From: Candidatus Peribacteraceae bacterium
GTDB lineage: Bacteria > Patescibacteriota > Gracilibacteria > Peribacterales > Peribacteraceae
NCBI GenBank assembly: GCA_013140485.1
Contig: JABFSS010000068.1
Span: forward strand, 1 to 44,724
Length of the DNA stretch: 44,724 nt
Reading direction: 5' to 3'
Position 1 is the stretch's first letter, and the number at the start of each line of letters is the position of its first letter. The translations under genes and the position numbers were made by a program. Below are positions 18,118-25,478 of the stretch, one piece after another. The notes beneath the pieces are model-generated. The model was not told the DNA's origin, searched no databases, and was given only the letters and a program-made list of their open reading frames with translations.

Positions 18118-18409
18118 GATAATTACTGCTCCACTGATGCTCCACCGCCTTCGCACCGCTTGGCAAATCTACCGCGCATCCTGGAACGATCGCCGGACGC
18201 CGTTTGCGGCAAAGGCGCTGCCCATTGTTGCGCTGCTCTATTTGCTCTCCCCTCTCGACATCATTCCCGACGTGATCCCCGTGCTGGGACAGATGGATGA
18301 TGTCGCGATTCTCATCACGCTGCTCCTCTGGGCATTCCGGTTGATTCCGCAGGATGTGAAACACGACGTGAAGAAGCGGCGGGAGGTGATTGATGTGGAG
18401 GCGAAGTGA
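18107..18409 (+). CDS. DUF1232 (YkvA-like) small membrane protein
   Basis: ALLYLLSPLDIIPDVIPVLGQMDDVAILI matches the Y..sP.D.IPD.iP..G..DD signature of DUF1232. Overlaps the previous ORF by 11 nt. Confidence 0.75.
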   Translation: MKSEIITAPLMLHRLRTAWQIYRASWNDRRTPFAAKALPIVALLYLLSPLDIIPDVIPVLGQMDDVAILITLLLWAFRLIPQDVKHDVKKRREVIDVEAK

Positions 18410-18427
18410 TGACAAAGCGTTTAGGGG

Positions 18428-18657
18428 TTCCTCGTACGCTCAGAGCTCCGCTCTGAGCTACTCGGAATGACAGATGCCCTTTTAATACAGACGCCTCGAT
18501 ACGCTCGCCGCTCCACGGCGAGCTACTCGGCGAAGATTGTTACTGAACAGTTGCCCGAGTAGCCCACGGCGGAGCCGTGGGCGTATCGAGGGTTTGTTAT
18601 CACTCGTGCCTGTCATCCCGAGTAGTCTGCGGCGGAGCCGCAGGCGTATCGAGGGAC
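18428..18657. repeat. cluster of four REP-like hairpin elements (two reverse, two forward)
   Basis: Copies at 18428-18473 (rev), 18493-18535 (rev), 18551-18593 (fwd) and 18611-18657 (fwd). Consensus is tGTCATCCCGAGTAGc - variable 7-9 bp stem with GGAG loop - GCGTATCGAGGGAc. Confidence 0.85.
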
Positions 18658-20261
18658 GTTCCACACCCCTATGGAACGCCCATGCTAGGCTGAACGGGAT
18701 TCGTGCTTTTCTCAATCGTCACAGGCTTCTCGTCTTAGGCACTTTCGCTATCTTCCTGATCGTCGGGCTGTTGAGCTTCTCCGACTACGGCATCTCATCG
18801 GATGAACCGATGGGGCTGTGGTTCGGGTACCACACGTATGGATACCTATTCCTCGGACTGCCGGTGCCCCAGCAACCCGATTGGACGTTCTACGGACCGG
18901 CGTGGCAGTTGATGCTCGCCATCGCGAATGAGGTGATGGGCTCACTCACGGGAGAGCGGTTGTGGTTGACGCGGCACTTCTTGAACTTCGGTTTGTTCTT
19001 CGCCGGAACCGTCGTCTTCTATCGAATTGGGAAGCGCTGCCTCAAGAGTGAGAAGTTTGCGCTGCTCGCGACGGTTTTTTTAATGCTCAGTCCGCGGATC
19101 TTCGCGCACTCGTTCCATAACCCGAAGGACATGCCGGCGATGATCTTCTTCCTCTTCGCGATTGCCAGCATGTTCTGGTTCCTGGAGCGGCGATCGCTGA
19201 TCGTGATGCTGCTCCACACCGTTCTGTGCGCAGTGCTGATCAGTATGCGGATGTTTGGCTTAATCGTGCCGCTGCTGACGCTCTCTTTTGTGATACTTGA
19301 ACGCAATCGCAGGGCAATCCGTGATGCGGCGATCTATGGACTGTTGCTCTGCGTGATGATCATCACCGTCTGGCCCGTCCTCTGGAGCGTGAATCCCCTC
19401 GTCCGCTTCTCGGAAGCTCTTGGCGACACCGCCGGACGTCCCGGTGGAGGCCTCTATTTCGGGGAACTCGTGACGGGAAATCCGTGGCACTACATTCCGG
19501 TGTGGATCTTCATCACGACGCCGATCCTGTACTCGTGTGCATTCGCGATCGGCTGCGGTGCGGTGATCCGTGACGTGATTGCCCGGCCGCTACAGGCACT
19601 CCATGCGAAGACCGATCTGACGCTGCTCGCATGGTTCTTCGTTCCCCTCGCGGCGCTGATCATCTTGAGAATCGGCATCTTCGACGAATGGCGGCATGTT
19701 CTATTCCTCTACCCCGCGTTTCTGCTGATCGGGATGCGGGGAATCGAGTGGTTGTTCGGATGGATGGGAGCGCGAAGAATGGTGATTGGATCACGCGCAC
19801 TCGCGGGGGTGATCACCGTGAGCTTGCTCTGGACGGGGTACTGGATGTTCACGCGCCACCCGTACGAATACATGTACTTCAGTGTTCCCTCGCGTTTTGT
19901 GGAAGGAAAATTCGAGATGGATTACTGGTCACTGGGATCTCGTGACGCGCTGCAATGGATTCTGAATCACGACCGCACGCCCGTCGTGAAGGTGTACCCG
20001 AGCGGCCGCATCGCGCGGATCGCCGCGGATACTCTGCCGCTGAATGGCTGGGCACGCATCGAGTGGTCCGATCCCGACAAGGCCGACTACATCATCGATA
20101 ATTTCCGGGGGAATAACTACGTGCCGACGATGCCGACTGATCGGGAGATCCACATAATCAAGATTGATGGCCTGCCCATTGTGGGGATCTACAAAGGACC
20201 GGATACGCAGGGAATCTACAAACCGCATCTCTGGCTTGAGGACCAGGTCCCGATGCCCTGA
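18537..20261 (+). CDS. GT-C fold membrane glycosyltransferase (ArnT/PMT_2, GT39-like)
   Basis: Polytopic protein with SSDEP in the first loop and ...LMLSPRIFAHSFHNPKDMPAMIFFLFAI.... The start is uncertain: the first ~40 codons are encoded by REP copies C and D, and there is no in-frame ATG between 18537 and the first TM helix. Confidence 0.55.
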   Translation: MLLNSCPSSPRRSRGRIEGLLSLVPVIPSSLRRSRRRIEGRSTPLWNAHARLNGIRAFLNRHRLLVLGTFAIFLIVGLLSFSDYGISSDEPMGLWFGYHTYGYLFLGLPVPQQPDWTFYGPAWQLMLAIANEVMGSLTGERLWLTRHFLNFGLFFAGTVVFYRIGKRCLKSEKFALLATVFLMLSPRIFAHSFHNPKDMPAMIFFLFAIASMFWFLERRSLIVMLLHTVLCAVLISMRMFGLIVPLLTLSFVILERNRRAIRDAAIYGLLLCVMIITVWPVLWSVNPLVRFSEALGDTAGRPGGGLYFGELVTGNPWHYIPVWIFITTPILYSCAFAIGCGAVIRDVIARPLQALHAKTDLTLLAWFFVPLAALIILRIGIFDEWRHVLFLYPAFLLIGMRGIEWLFGWMGARRMVIGSRALAGVITVSLLWTGYWMFTRHPYEYMYFSVPSRFVEGKFEMDYWSLGSRDALQWILNHDRTPVVKVYPSGRIARIAADTLPLNGWARIEWSDPDKADYIIDNFRGNNYVPTMPTDREIHIIKIDGLPIVGIYKGPDTQGIYKPHLWLEDQVPMP

Positions 20262-20273
20262 GGTAAAGCATAC

Positions 20274-20301
20274 TTGACATTCCTCAAAAACCCTGTAATG
20301 T
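20274..20301 (+). promoter_or_regulatory. sigma70-type promoter
   Basis: TTGACA (20274-20279), a 16-nt spacer, then TAATGT (20296-20301). Confidence 0.45.
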
Positions 20302-20320
20302 CCCTCTCACCCTCTCCACT

Positions 20321-20470
20321 ATGCCTACAGCCACCAAGAAGACCGCCGCTCAGACCGCTCAAAAGGCTACCCTGCCTCCGACAGTCCGTATGCAGCAGGA
20401 AATGATGATCATGCGCGAAACGGACCAGTGGATGACGGAGCACTACAACAGCCGCCCGATTTCGAGGTGA
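20321..20470 (+). CDS. small hypothetical protein (49 aa)
   Basis: MPTATKKTAAQTAQKATLPPTVRMQQEMMIMRETDQWMTEHYNSRPISR-stop. It fills the gap between the GT-C gene and the convergent deacylase gene and follows the 20274 promoter. Below the ORF-track cut-off. Confidence 0.35.
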   Translation: MPTATKKTAAQTAQKATLPPTVRMQQEMMIMRETDQWMTEHYNSRPISR

Positions 20471-20959
20471 TCATTTTGACGGAATATTCACAACACGCCA
20501 CGCATGCCCGGTCGCCTGCAGAAATTTCTCGATGCCCTCATGGGAAATGCAGAGCGTCGCCGTATTCACGAGCGGATGACAGCATACCGCCTCGGCGCTC
20601 CACACGGCGTCGTCGATGAACACTTCCACCGCATGCGCGGCATCGTTGACGAGACCGAGCAGCGTAACCGATCCGGGCTCGACGTCGAGATGGGCTTTCA
20701 AACGCTCGGGTGAAGCGAAGGAGAGTTTCTGTACGTCGAAGAGTTGCTTCAGCGCTTTGAGGTCGACTTGCTTTTCATGACCGACAGTCACGAGAAAATG
20801 CCGCCTCCCTTTCTCGTCGCGAAGGAAGAGATTCTTCGTGTCTTTGCCGGGCATCGGTTCAGTTCTGACGTCCTTTGCTTGTTCGCACGTGAAGACGGCT
20901 TCGTGATCGAACCGCTGGTACGCGATGCCGTGCTGAGAGAGGAAGGTGTAGATGTCCAC
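20471..20959 (-). CDS. YbaK/ProX-type aminoacyl-tRNA trans-editing deacylase
   Basis: ...H.AVFTCEQA........GKDTKNLFLRDEKG.RHFLV.V...KQVDLK.L......KLSFASPERL...L.VEPGSVT.LGL.ND....V.VFID......E.V.CHPL.NTATL matches the YbaK/ProX domain. 162 aa. Confidence 0.8.
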   Translation of the reverse strand: MDIYTFLSQHGIAYQRFDHEAVFTCEQAKDVRTEPMPGKDTKNLFLRDEKGRRHFLVTVGHEKQVDLKALKQLFDVQKLSFASPERLKAHLDVEPGSVTLLGLVNDAAHAVEVFIDDAVWSAEAVCCHPLVNTATLCISHEGIEKFLQATGHAWRVVNIPSK

Positions 20960-20968
20960 TCAAGTATT

Positions 20969-21628
20969 CTAATCTATATGAATATTTTTCCGAGGCCTAT
21001 GATTTTGTTCGTAGAGAGCGGCAAGCTCCCAATCATACGTAAAATTTGCGTCGACCCAGATTCGAAGCTCGGCAACTTCTTGGTCTATCGGCTGCTCGTT
21101 CCTCTCCTCAGGATCAGGCATCCAGTCGGGCACTGCTACTTCTTGTTGATGGAGTTCGTTCATCGCTCTGTAAATGAGCGTTTGTACAAAATCCTTCAGA
21201 TCATCGTCAGAGGGCGCAGGAATATCTTGTTCGTGCAATGCCGCACCCGCGCGCTGTGCCCACACTTCAATGTCTGCAGAAAGCGCATCCATCACCATGG
21301 CGTGTCTACTACTGACTTCTGTACAAGCGGCATGTATGGATTCCCGATTTGTGAATAGCCCAAAATATACTTGGGCTCGCTCATCTGACATACACATGAC
21401 GTTCTCTACTTCCATCCACACGTTTCTGGCCATAGTCGCCACATTACCGTTGTTGGGCACTGCCAGAACATCCGCAAGAGCTTTTCGAATAAGATCGTCT
21501 ACAAAACCCTCCAATTGCTCGTCTGTAGGATTCCTTTTGTTGAGCATGGGACGAAAGCCATTCACCCATTCTTCTCGAAAGGGTGCGACACGATCCAGAA
21601 TCTGTTCTCCAAGGTCTGATTCATGCAT
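20969..21628 (-). CDS. hypothetical acidic protein with an internal duplication
   Basis: PTDEQLEGFVDDLIRKALADVLAVP and PSDDDLKDFVQTLIYRAMNELHQQEVAVP are two related segments. It is 9 nt upstream of the deacylase gene. Confidence 0.55.
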   Translation of the reverse strand: MHESDLGEQILDRVAPFREEWVNGFRPMLNKRNPTDEQLEGFVDDLIRKALADVLAVPNNGNVATMARNVWMEVENVMCMSDERAQVYFGLFTNRESIHAACTEVSSRHAMVMDALSADIEVWAQRAGAALHEQDIPAPSDDDLKDFVQTLIYRAMNELHQQEVAVPDWMPDPEERNEQPIDQEVAELRIWVDANFTYDWELAALYEQNHRPRKNIHID

Positions 21629-21728
21629 TAACTACAGACGCTACCACCTTCATGCCGGATCACAACTACAATGCACCCATGTAGCCACTTCCCCGCTCCT
21701 TCTACGATAGAAATGCCATTACCAACAA

Positions 21729-21760
21729 ATCAACCATCAACGTTGCCATTGATGATTGAT
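21729..21760 (-). terminator. candidate hairpin terminator after the SIMPL gene
   Basis: atcaaccatcaac (21729-21741) pairs with ttgatgattgat (21749-21760). On the minus strand it is followed by ttgttgg. Confidence 0.4.
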
Positions 21761-21777
21761 CGGTTGATGATTGAAAA

Positions 21778-22539
21778 TTACCGCAACTCATACGTCAGCG
21801 TCACCTGCACGTTCACTTCCTGCTCTCCTGCGGGGAGCGGCGTCGCTGTGACGTCCATCGACTTCTCCGCCATCGCCGCCGTCGCGTCGCGCCCGTACAT
21901 GATCGGTGGGACGTATCCGCCGCCTTCGTTGAAGCTCTTGAGCTCTCCGAGCGACATGCCCAATTGCTTCGCGAGCGTCTGGGCTTTCTGCTGCGCGAGC
22001 GTGATCGCCTCCTGGCGCGCTTCGGCACGCGACTTCTCGGGCTCATCGACGATAAAGCTGACGCCGCCGGCCTGGTTGGCTCCGGCATTCGTCGCCGCAG
22101 CGAGCACGTCGCTGACGGCATCGAGATCGCGAACTTTCACGCGCAAACTTTGCGAGGCGTCGAATCCGCGCATGATCTGCCGTCCTTCGTTCCAATCGTA
22201 CGCGGGGTTGAGCGAGAGACCTGCGGTGCTGATGTCTTTTTCTTCAATGCCTGCCTTTTTCACAGCTTCGAAGACGGCCGTCATGCCCTTGCCGAGCTGG
22301 TCCATCGCAGCTTTCGCCGTCGGCTGGCGCTGGATCTGGATACCGAACGTGAGTTCGGCAATGTCGGGAGTCGCGTTCGCTTTTCCTTCACCGGTGACGG
22401 AGATGAGCGTCGGTGCGACGTCTTTGACTTCGATCTTTTTGCCATACACGTAGAATCCACCGCCGATGGCGACGGCGAGCAGAACGGCGACGGACATCCA
22501 CAGAGGAGGCTGAACGGAAATGGTGCGGGAATCGTCCAT
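21778..22539 (-). CDS. SIMPL/DUF541 family periplasmic protein with N-terminal TM anchor
   Basis: V.GEG.....PD.A...FG......TA..A......K.M..V...VKK.GI..KDI.T..LSL.P.Y........I.G..ASQSL.VKVRDLD....VL.AA...GAN...GVSF...EPE....EAR..A...A..KA..LA. Start taken at MDDSRTISVQPPLWMSVAVLLAVAIGG (ATG 22539). Confidence 0.8.
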   Translation of the reverse strand: MDDSRTISVQPPLWMSVAVLLAVAIGGGFYVYGKKIEVKDVAPTLISVTGEGKANATPDIAELTFGIQIQRQPTAKAAMDQLGKGMTAVFEAVKKAGIEEKDISTAGLSLNPAYDWNEGRQIMRGFDASQSLRVKVRDLDAVSDVLAAATNAGANQAGGVSFIVDEPEKSRAEARQEAITLAQQKAQTLAKQLGMSLGELKSFNEGGGYVPPIMYGRDATAAMAEKSMDVTATPLPAGEQEVNVQVTLTYELR

Positions 22540-22639
22540 AGAGAAGGGGGTGAATGAAGTACGTAGGGGCGTAGCACTGCTGCGCCCATTACCATAATCG
22601 TATAACGAACGAAGAGAAAGAAAGTTACATGCCCTCAAC

Positions 22640-22676
22640 AAAAAGGCCTCCACCCCCGGGCGAGGGGGGTAGAGGC
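22640..22676 (-). terminator. strong intrinsic terminator
   Basis: Minus strand reads gcctctaccccc - ctcgccc - gggggtggaggc (12-bp stem) followed by cttttt. It is directly after the stop of the 178-aa ORF. Confidence 0.75.
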
Positions 22677-22680
22677 GAAT

Positions 22681-23217
22681 TCACACCATGGGTTTCGCCA
22701 CGAGGCGAAAGAAGCGCTTTTTCTCTTTTGCGCCCCGTTCATCGGCATTCGCGCCGACTTTCCCTTTTTTGGCCTCGTCGAGTGAGACGTACACCTCGAC
22801 GAGAACGTTGTGCGCCTTGCCGATGGCGGCGGCAATTTTGTTACTGTCCGGGAGGGGCAGAGAAAACTCCGCCTCCAAGACATTTGCGGCCACGAAGCGC
22901 AATCTTTGCAGCTTCGCAATCGGCTTCGACCCGGCTGTGTACCGGACCGTCACTTGATATGTGACGTCGTCCTTTGTCGCCCGGTCGACGACTGTTGCCT
23001 TTTCGTGGCCGAGCGCTTCCAGCGCTCCGGCCAAGAATTTTTCGAAGGCCTCGCGGTCGTCGCGCGAAGCCTTCTTCGAAAACTTGAGCGTGAACGCCTG
23101 TCGCTCAAAGTTTCCTTTTTTTTCTTTCTGAGACTCGAATTTCAGGCTTTCGAATCTCTGCGGCTCCGGACACGTGTAGACACAGGCCACGAAAACCGCG
23201 CACATGACAGCGCGCAT
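22681..23217 (-). CDS. hypothetical secreted protein or lipoprotein
   Basis: N-terminus MRAVMCAVFVACVYTC is a signal peptide, possibly a lipobox (FVAC). K/E-rich body. No recognised family. Confidence 0.55.
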   Translation of the reverse strand: MRAVMCAVFVACVYTCPEPQRFESLKFESQKEKKGNFERQAFTLKFSKKASRDDREAFEKFLAGALEALGHEKATVVDRATKDDVTYQVTVRYTAGSKPIAKLQRLRFVAANVLEAEFSLPLPDSNKIAAAIGKAHNVLVEVYVSLDEAKKGKVGANADERGAKEKKRFFRLVAKPMV

Positions 23218-23262
23218 GATGCCTCCAAAAAAGAGAACCCATCCATGATGTGAATTATCAAT

Positions 23263-23281
23263 ACGAAGCTCCTTGCTTCGT
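23263..23281 (-). terminator. weak candidate terminator after sufC
   Basis: acgaagc tcctt gcttcgt: a 7-bp stem. Only a moderately U-rich tail follows on the minus strand. Confidence 0.3.
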
Positions 23282-23317
23282 TCTAATAATATAAACTATT
23301 TATTAAATTAAGCAATT

Positions 23318-24088
23318 TCACGCTGCGGCCTCACTGATGCCATATTTTTGATACCCCTCTTTCTCCAGCGTCCTCGCCAGCTCCATTCCCCCACTCTCCA
23401 CAATCTTCCCGTTCACCATCACGTGCACGTGATCGGGTTCGACGTAATCGAGCAGTCGCGCGTAGTGCGTGACCATCACAGCCGAGAAATTAGGAGACCT
23501 CATGGCGTTGATACCCTCAGAGACAGTCTTGAGCGCGTCGATGTCGAGACCGGAATCCGTCTCATCCAAAAGCGCGACAAGTGGTTGGAGCATCGCCATC
23601 TGGAGCACCTCGGCTTTCTTCTTCTCGCCGCCGGAAAATCCTTTGTTCACGAAACGTTCGGCGAAAGCGCCGTCCATGTGGAGCGTCTTCATTTTCTCTT
23701 CGAGGGCCTTTTTGAATTTGATCGGTGAAATGATCTTGGGCAATGAATCACGGACTGCAGACTGCGCCTTGTGCGCGGCGAACAGAAAACTTCTGAGCGT
23801 GACACCCGCAATCTCTTTGGGATACTGGAATGCGAGAAAAAGTCCGCGCGCGGCTCGGTCGGATGCGGGGAGTGCGAGAAGATCCTTACCGAGGAATGCC
23901 GCTGATCCTGATGTCACCGTGTACTTGGGATGGCCCATGAGCGTATTCACGAGTGAGGATTTGCCCGACCCGTTCGGGCCCATGATCGCGTGGATCTCGC
24001 CGGGGCGGACATTCAACGTCACTCCCTGCACGACCTTTTTCCCTTCGACGGAAATGTGGAGATCTGTGACGGAAAGGAGGACGGACAT
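23318..24088 (-). CDS. sufC: Fe-S cluster assembly ATPase SufC
   Basis: L.V.DLH.SV.GK.V..GV.L.V..GEIHAIMGPNGSGKSSL.N.LMGHPKY.VTSG...F.G.DL..L....RA..GLFLAFQYP.EI.GV... FSGGEKKK.E.LQMA.L.P..ALLDETDSGLDIDAL: Walker A, signature and Walker B motifs in SufC context. Confidence 0.93.
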   Translation of the reverse strand: MSVLLSVTDLHISVEGKKVVQGVTLNVRPGEIHAIMGPNGSGKSSLVNTLMGHPKYTVTSGSAAFLGKDLLALPASDRAARGLFLAFQYPKEIAGVTLRSFLFAAHKAQSAVRDSLPKIISPIKFKKALEEKMKTLHMDGAFAERFVNKGFSGGEKKKAEVLQMAMLQPLVALLDETDSGLDIDALKTVSEGINAMRSPNFSAVMVTHYARLLDYVEPDHVHVMVNGKIVESGGMELARTLEKEGYQKYGISEAAA

Positions 24089-24191
24089 GGAAACAGAATA
24101 GCAGGAAACGCTTCGGAAAGAGGAAAACTCGATACTAGTCCCTAATAACTAATCACTAATAACTACTATTCTAATACTCTATTCTCTGCCT

Positions 24192-24476
24192 ATGCCGAAG
24201 GTCACCTTCCACTACAGCGGCCAAATCAAAACCGTCGAGGCGGCAGAAGGTCAGACTGTCCTCCAAATCGCATTGGACGCCGGCATCCCGATGGAACATG
24301 CCTGCGGCGGCAACGGCTTCTGCACCACCTGCATGTGCCATGTGAAAGAAGGCATGGCGAACCTGAGTCCGCGCAATGACCGTGAAGAGAACATGGGAGT
24401 GACGGAGGATCCGGACCGACTGAGTTGTCAGTCTGAAGTGCAAGGAGATGTCACCGTAGAAGTGATTGAGTATTAA
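24192..24476 (+). CDS. [2Fe-2S] ferredoxin (adrenodoxin/Fdx-type)
   Basis: 94 aa with ACGGNGFCTTCMC (C-x5-C-x2-C) and a distal Cys in LSCQSEV. Divergent from sufC. Confidence 0.8.
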   Translation: MPKVTFHYSGQIKTVEAAEGQTVLQIALDAGIPMEHACGGNGFCTTCMCHVKEGMANLSPRNDREENMGVTEDPDRLSCQSEVQGDVTVEVIEY

Positions 24477-24513
24477 GTATGTTGTATGTGGTATGTAGCT
24501 ACATACAACATAC
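24477..24513. terminator. bidirectional hairpin between convergent genes
   Basis: gtatgttgtatgt (24477-24489) is the exact reverse complement of acatacaacatac (24501-24513). The loop is 11 nt. Confidence 0.55.
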
Positions 24514-24531
24514 TGAATACCACATACTTCG

Positions 24532-25296
24532 TCAGACCTTGGCCAGGGATAGAAGTTTGGCCTTCACCTCTTCATCATACGGCTCGATTTTATTGATTCT
24601 CCGGTACGTCTCTTCCGCTTTCTCCGTATTGCCCAACTGGAGATACGACTCGGCCAGCAGACGCAGAAGTTCCGTACTGCGCGCGAGCCGCAGCGTGGCT
24701 TTTTCGAGCAGCGGCGCGGCTTCTTCGAACCGCTTGGCGGCGATGCACGCGCGGCCCAAGGCCGCTGAGCGTTCCGGCGTCTGTGGATCGCGGTTCAAGG
24801 CTTCCTGATACGCCTGGCACGCCTCGATGTACTTGGCCTGCCGGTAGTACGCGAGCCCGAGGTTGCTGTGGAACGACACTTCGTCGCGGTGCTGGAGCAG
24901 TTCACGGTACATCGCTTCGGCTTTGTTTTCGCGCCCGCTCGTGAGGTACAGCTTCGCGAGCATCGCCTGCACATCATATGCATTCGGCTGTACGGTGAGC
25001 GCCTGGATGCAGAGCCGCTCCACGTCTTCGACTTTGTCCTGCGCCAACGCCTTCTCGGCCTGACGGACGAGCGAACGCACTTGCTGCAATTCTATCGCGG
25101 ACGTGCGGGGGGATTTTCGCGGACGCGCGACATTGCGTTCCTCCACCACCAATGCGCCGCGCTCCTCGGCGGACCGCACTCTCTGTTTCATGGATCTGAC
25201 GAAGCGCCGCACGGCCCGGTTGCGCAAGAGCGCCCGGAAACCGAACAATAAAACGATGCCGGCAAGGGAAGCGGAAAGGACGAGGACGTAGAGCAT
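24532..25296 (-). CDS. TPR-repeat protein with N-terminal TM anchor
   Basis: Start taken at MLYVLVLSASLAGIVLLFGF (ATG 25296); the ORF-track extension is REP-encoded. TPR-like 34-aa units include ...AMLAKLYLTSGRENKAEAMYRELL, SNLGLAYYRQAKYIEACQAYQEALNRDP and LLAESYLQLGNTEKAEETYRRINKIEP. Confidence 0.7.
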   Translation of the reverse strand: MLYVLVLSASLAGIVLLFGFRALLRNRAVRRFVRSMKQRVRSAEERGALVVEERNVARPRKSPRTSAIELQQVRSLVRQAEKALAQDKVEDVERLCIQALTVQPNAYDVQAMLAKLYLTSGRENKAEAMYRELLQHRDEVSFHSNLGLAYYRQAKYIEACQAYQEALNRDPQTPERSAALGRACIAAKRFEEAAPLLEKATLRLARSTELLRLLAESYLQLGNTEKAEETYRRINKIEPYDEEVKAKLLSLAKV

Positions 25297-25368
25297 ACGG
25301 CGTCCAAATGGACGAAAGAAGATACCATGCACAGAGCCCACCAGCAAGACATGGCCTGAGGAAGCCAA

Positions 25369-25478
25369 TCCCTCGTTACGCCTGCAGTTCCACTGCAGGC
25401 TACTCGGGATGACATTCAATACTCTTCAGGTTGTCATCCCGAGTAGCTCAGCGCGGAGCGCTGAGCGTATCGAGGGAC
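25369..25478. repeat. head-to-head pair of REP-like hairpin elements (same family as 18428-18657)
   Basis: 25369-25414 (rev): tccctcgttacg cctgcag ttcc actgcagg ctactcgggatgaca. 25432-25478 (fwd): tgtcatcccgagtag ctcagcgc ggag cgctgag cgtatcgagggac. The holB stop codon lies inside the second copy. Confidence 0.85.

Noticed and set aside
18428-18657. Possible CRISPR array, because of closely spaced repeats.
   Set aside because: The copies are in mixed orientation. The repeats are internally palindromic with variable stems. The spacers are 7-20 nt and irregular. No cas genes are present. REP-like elements fit better.
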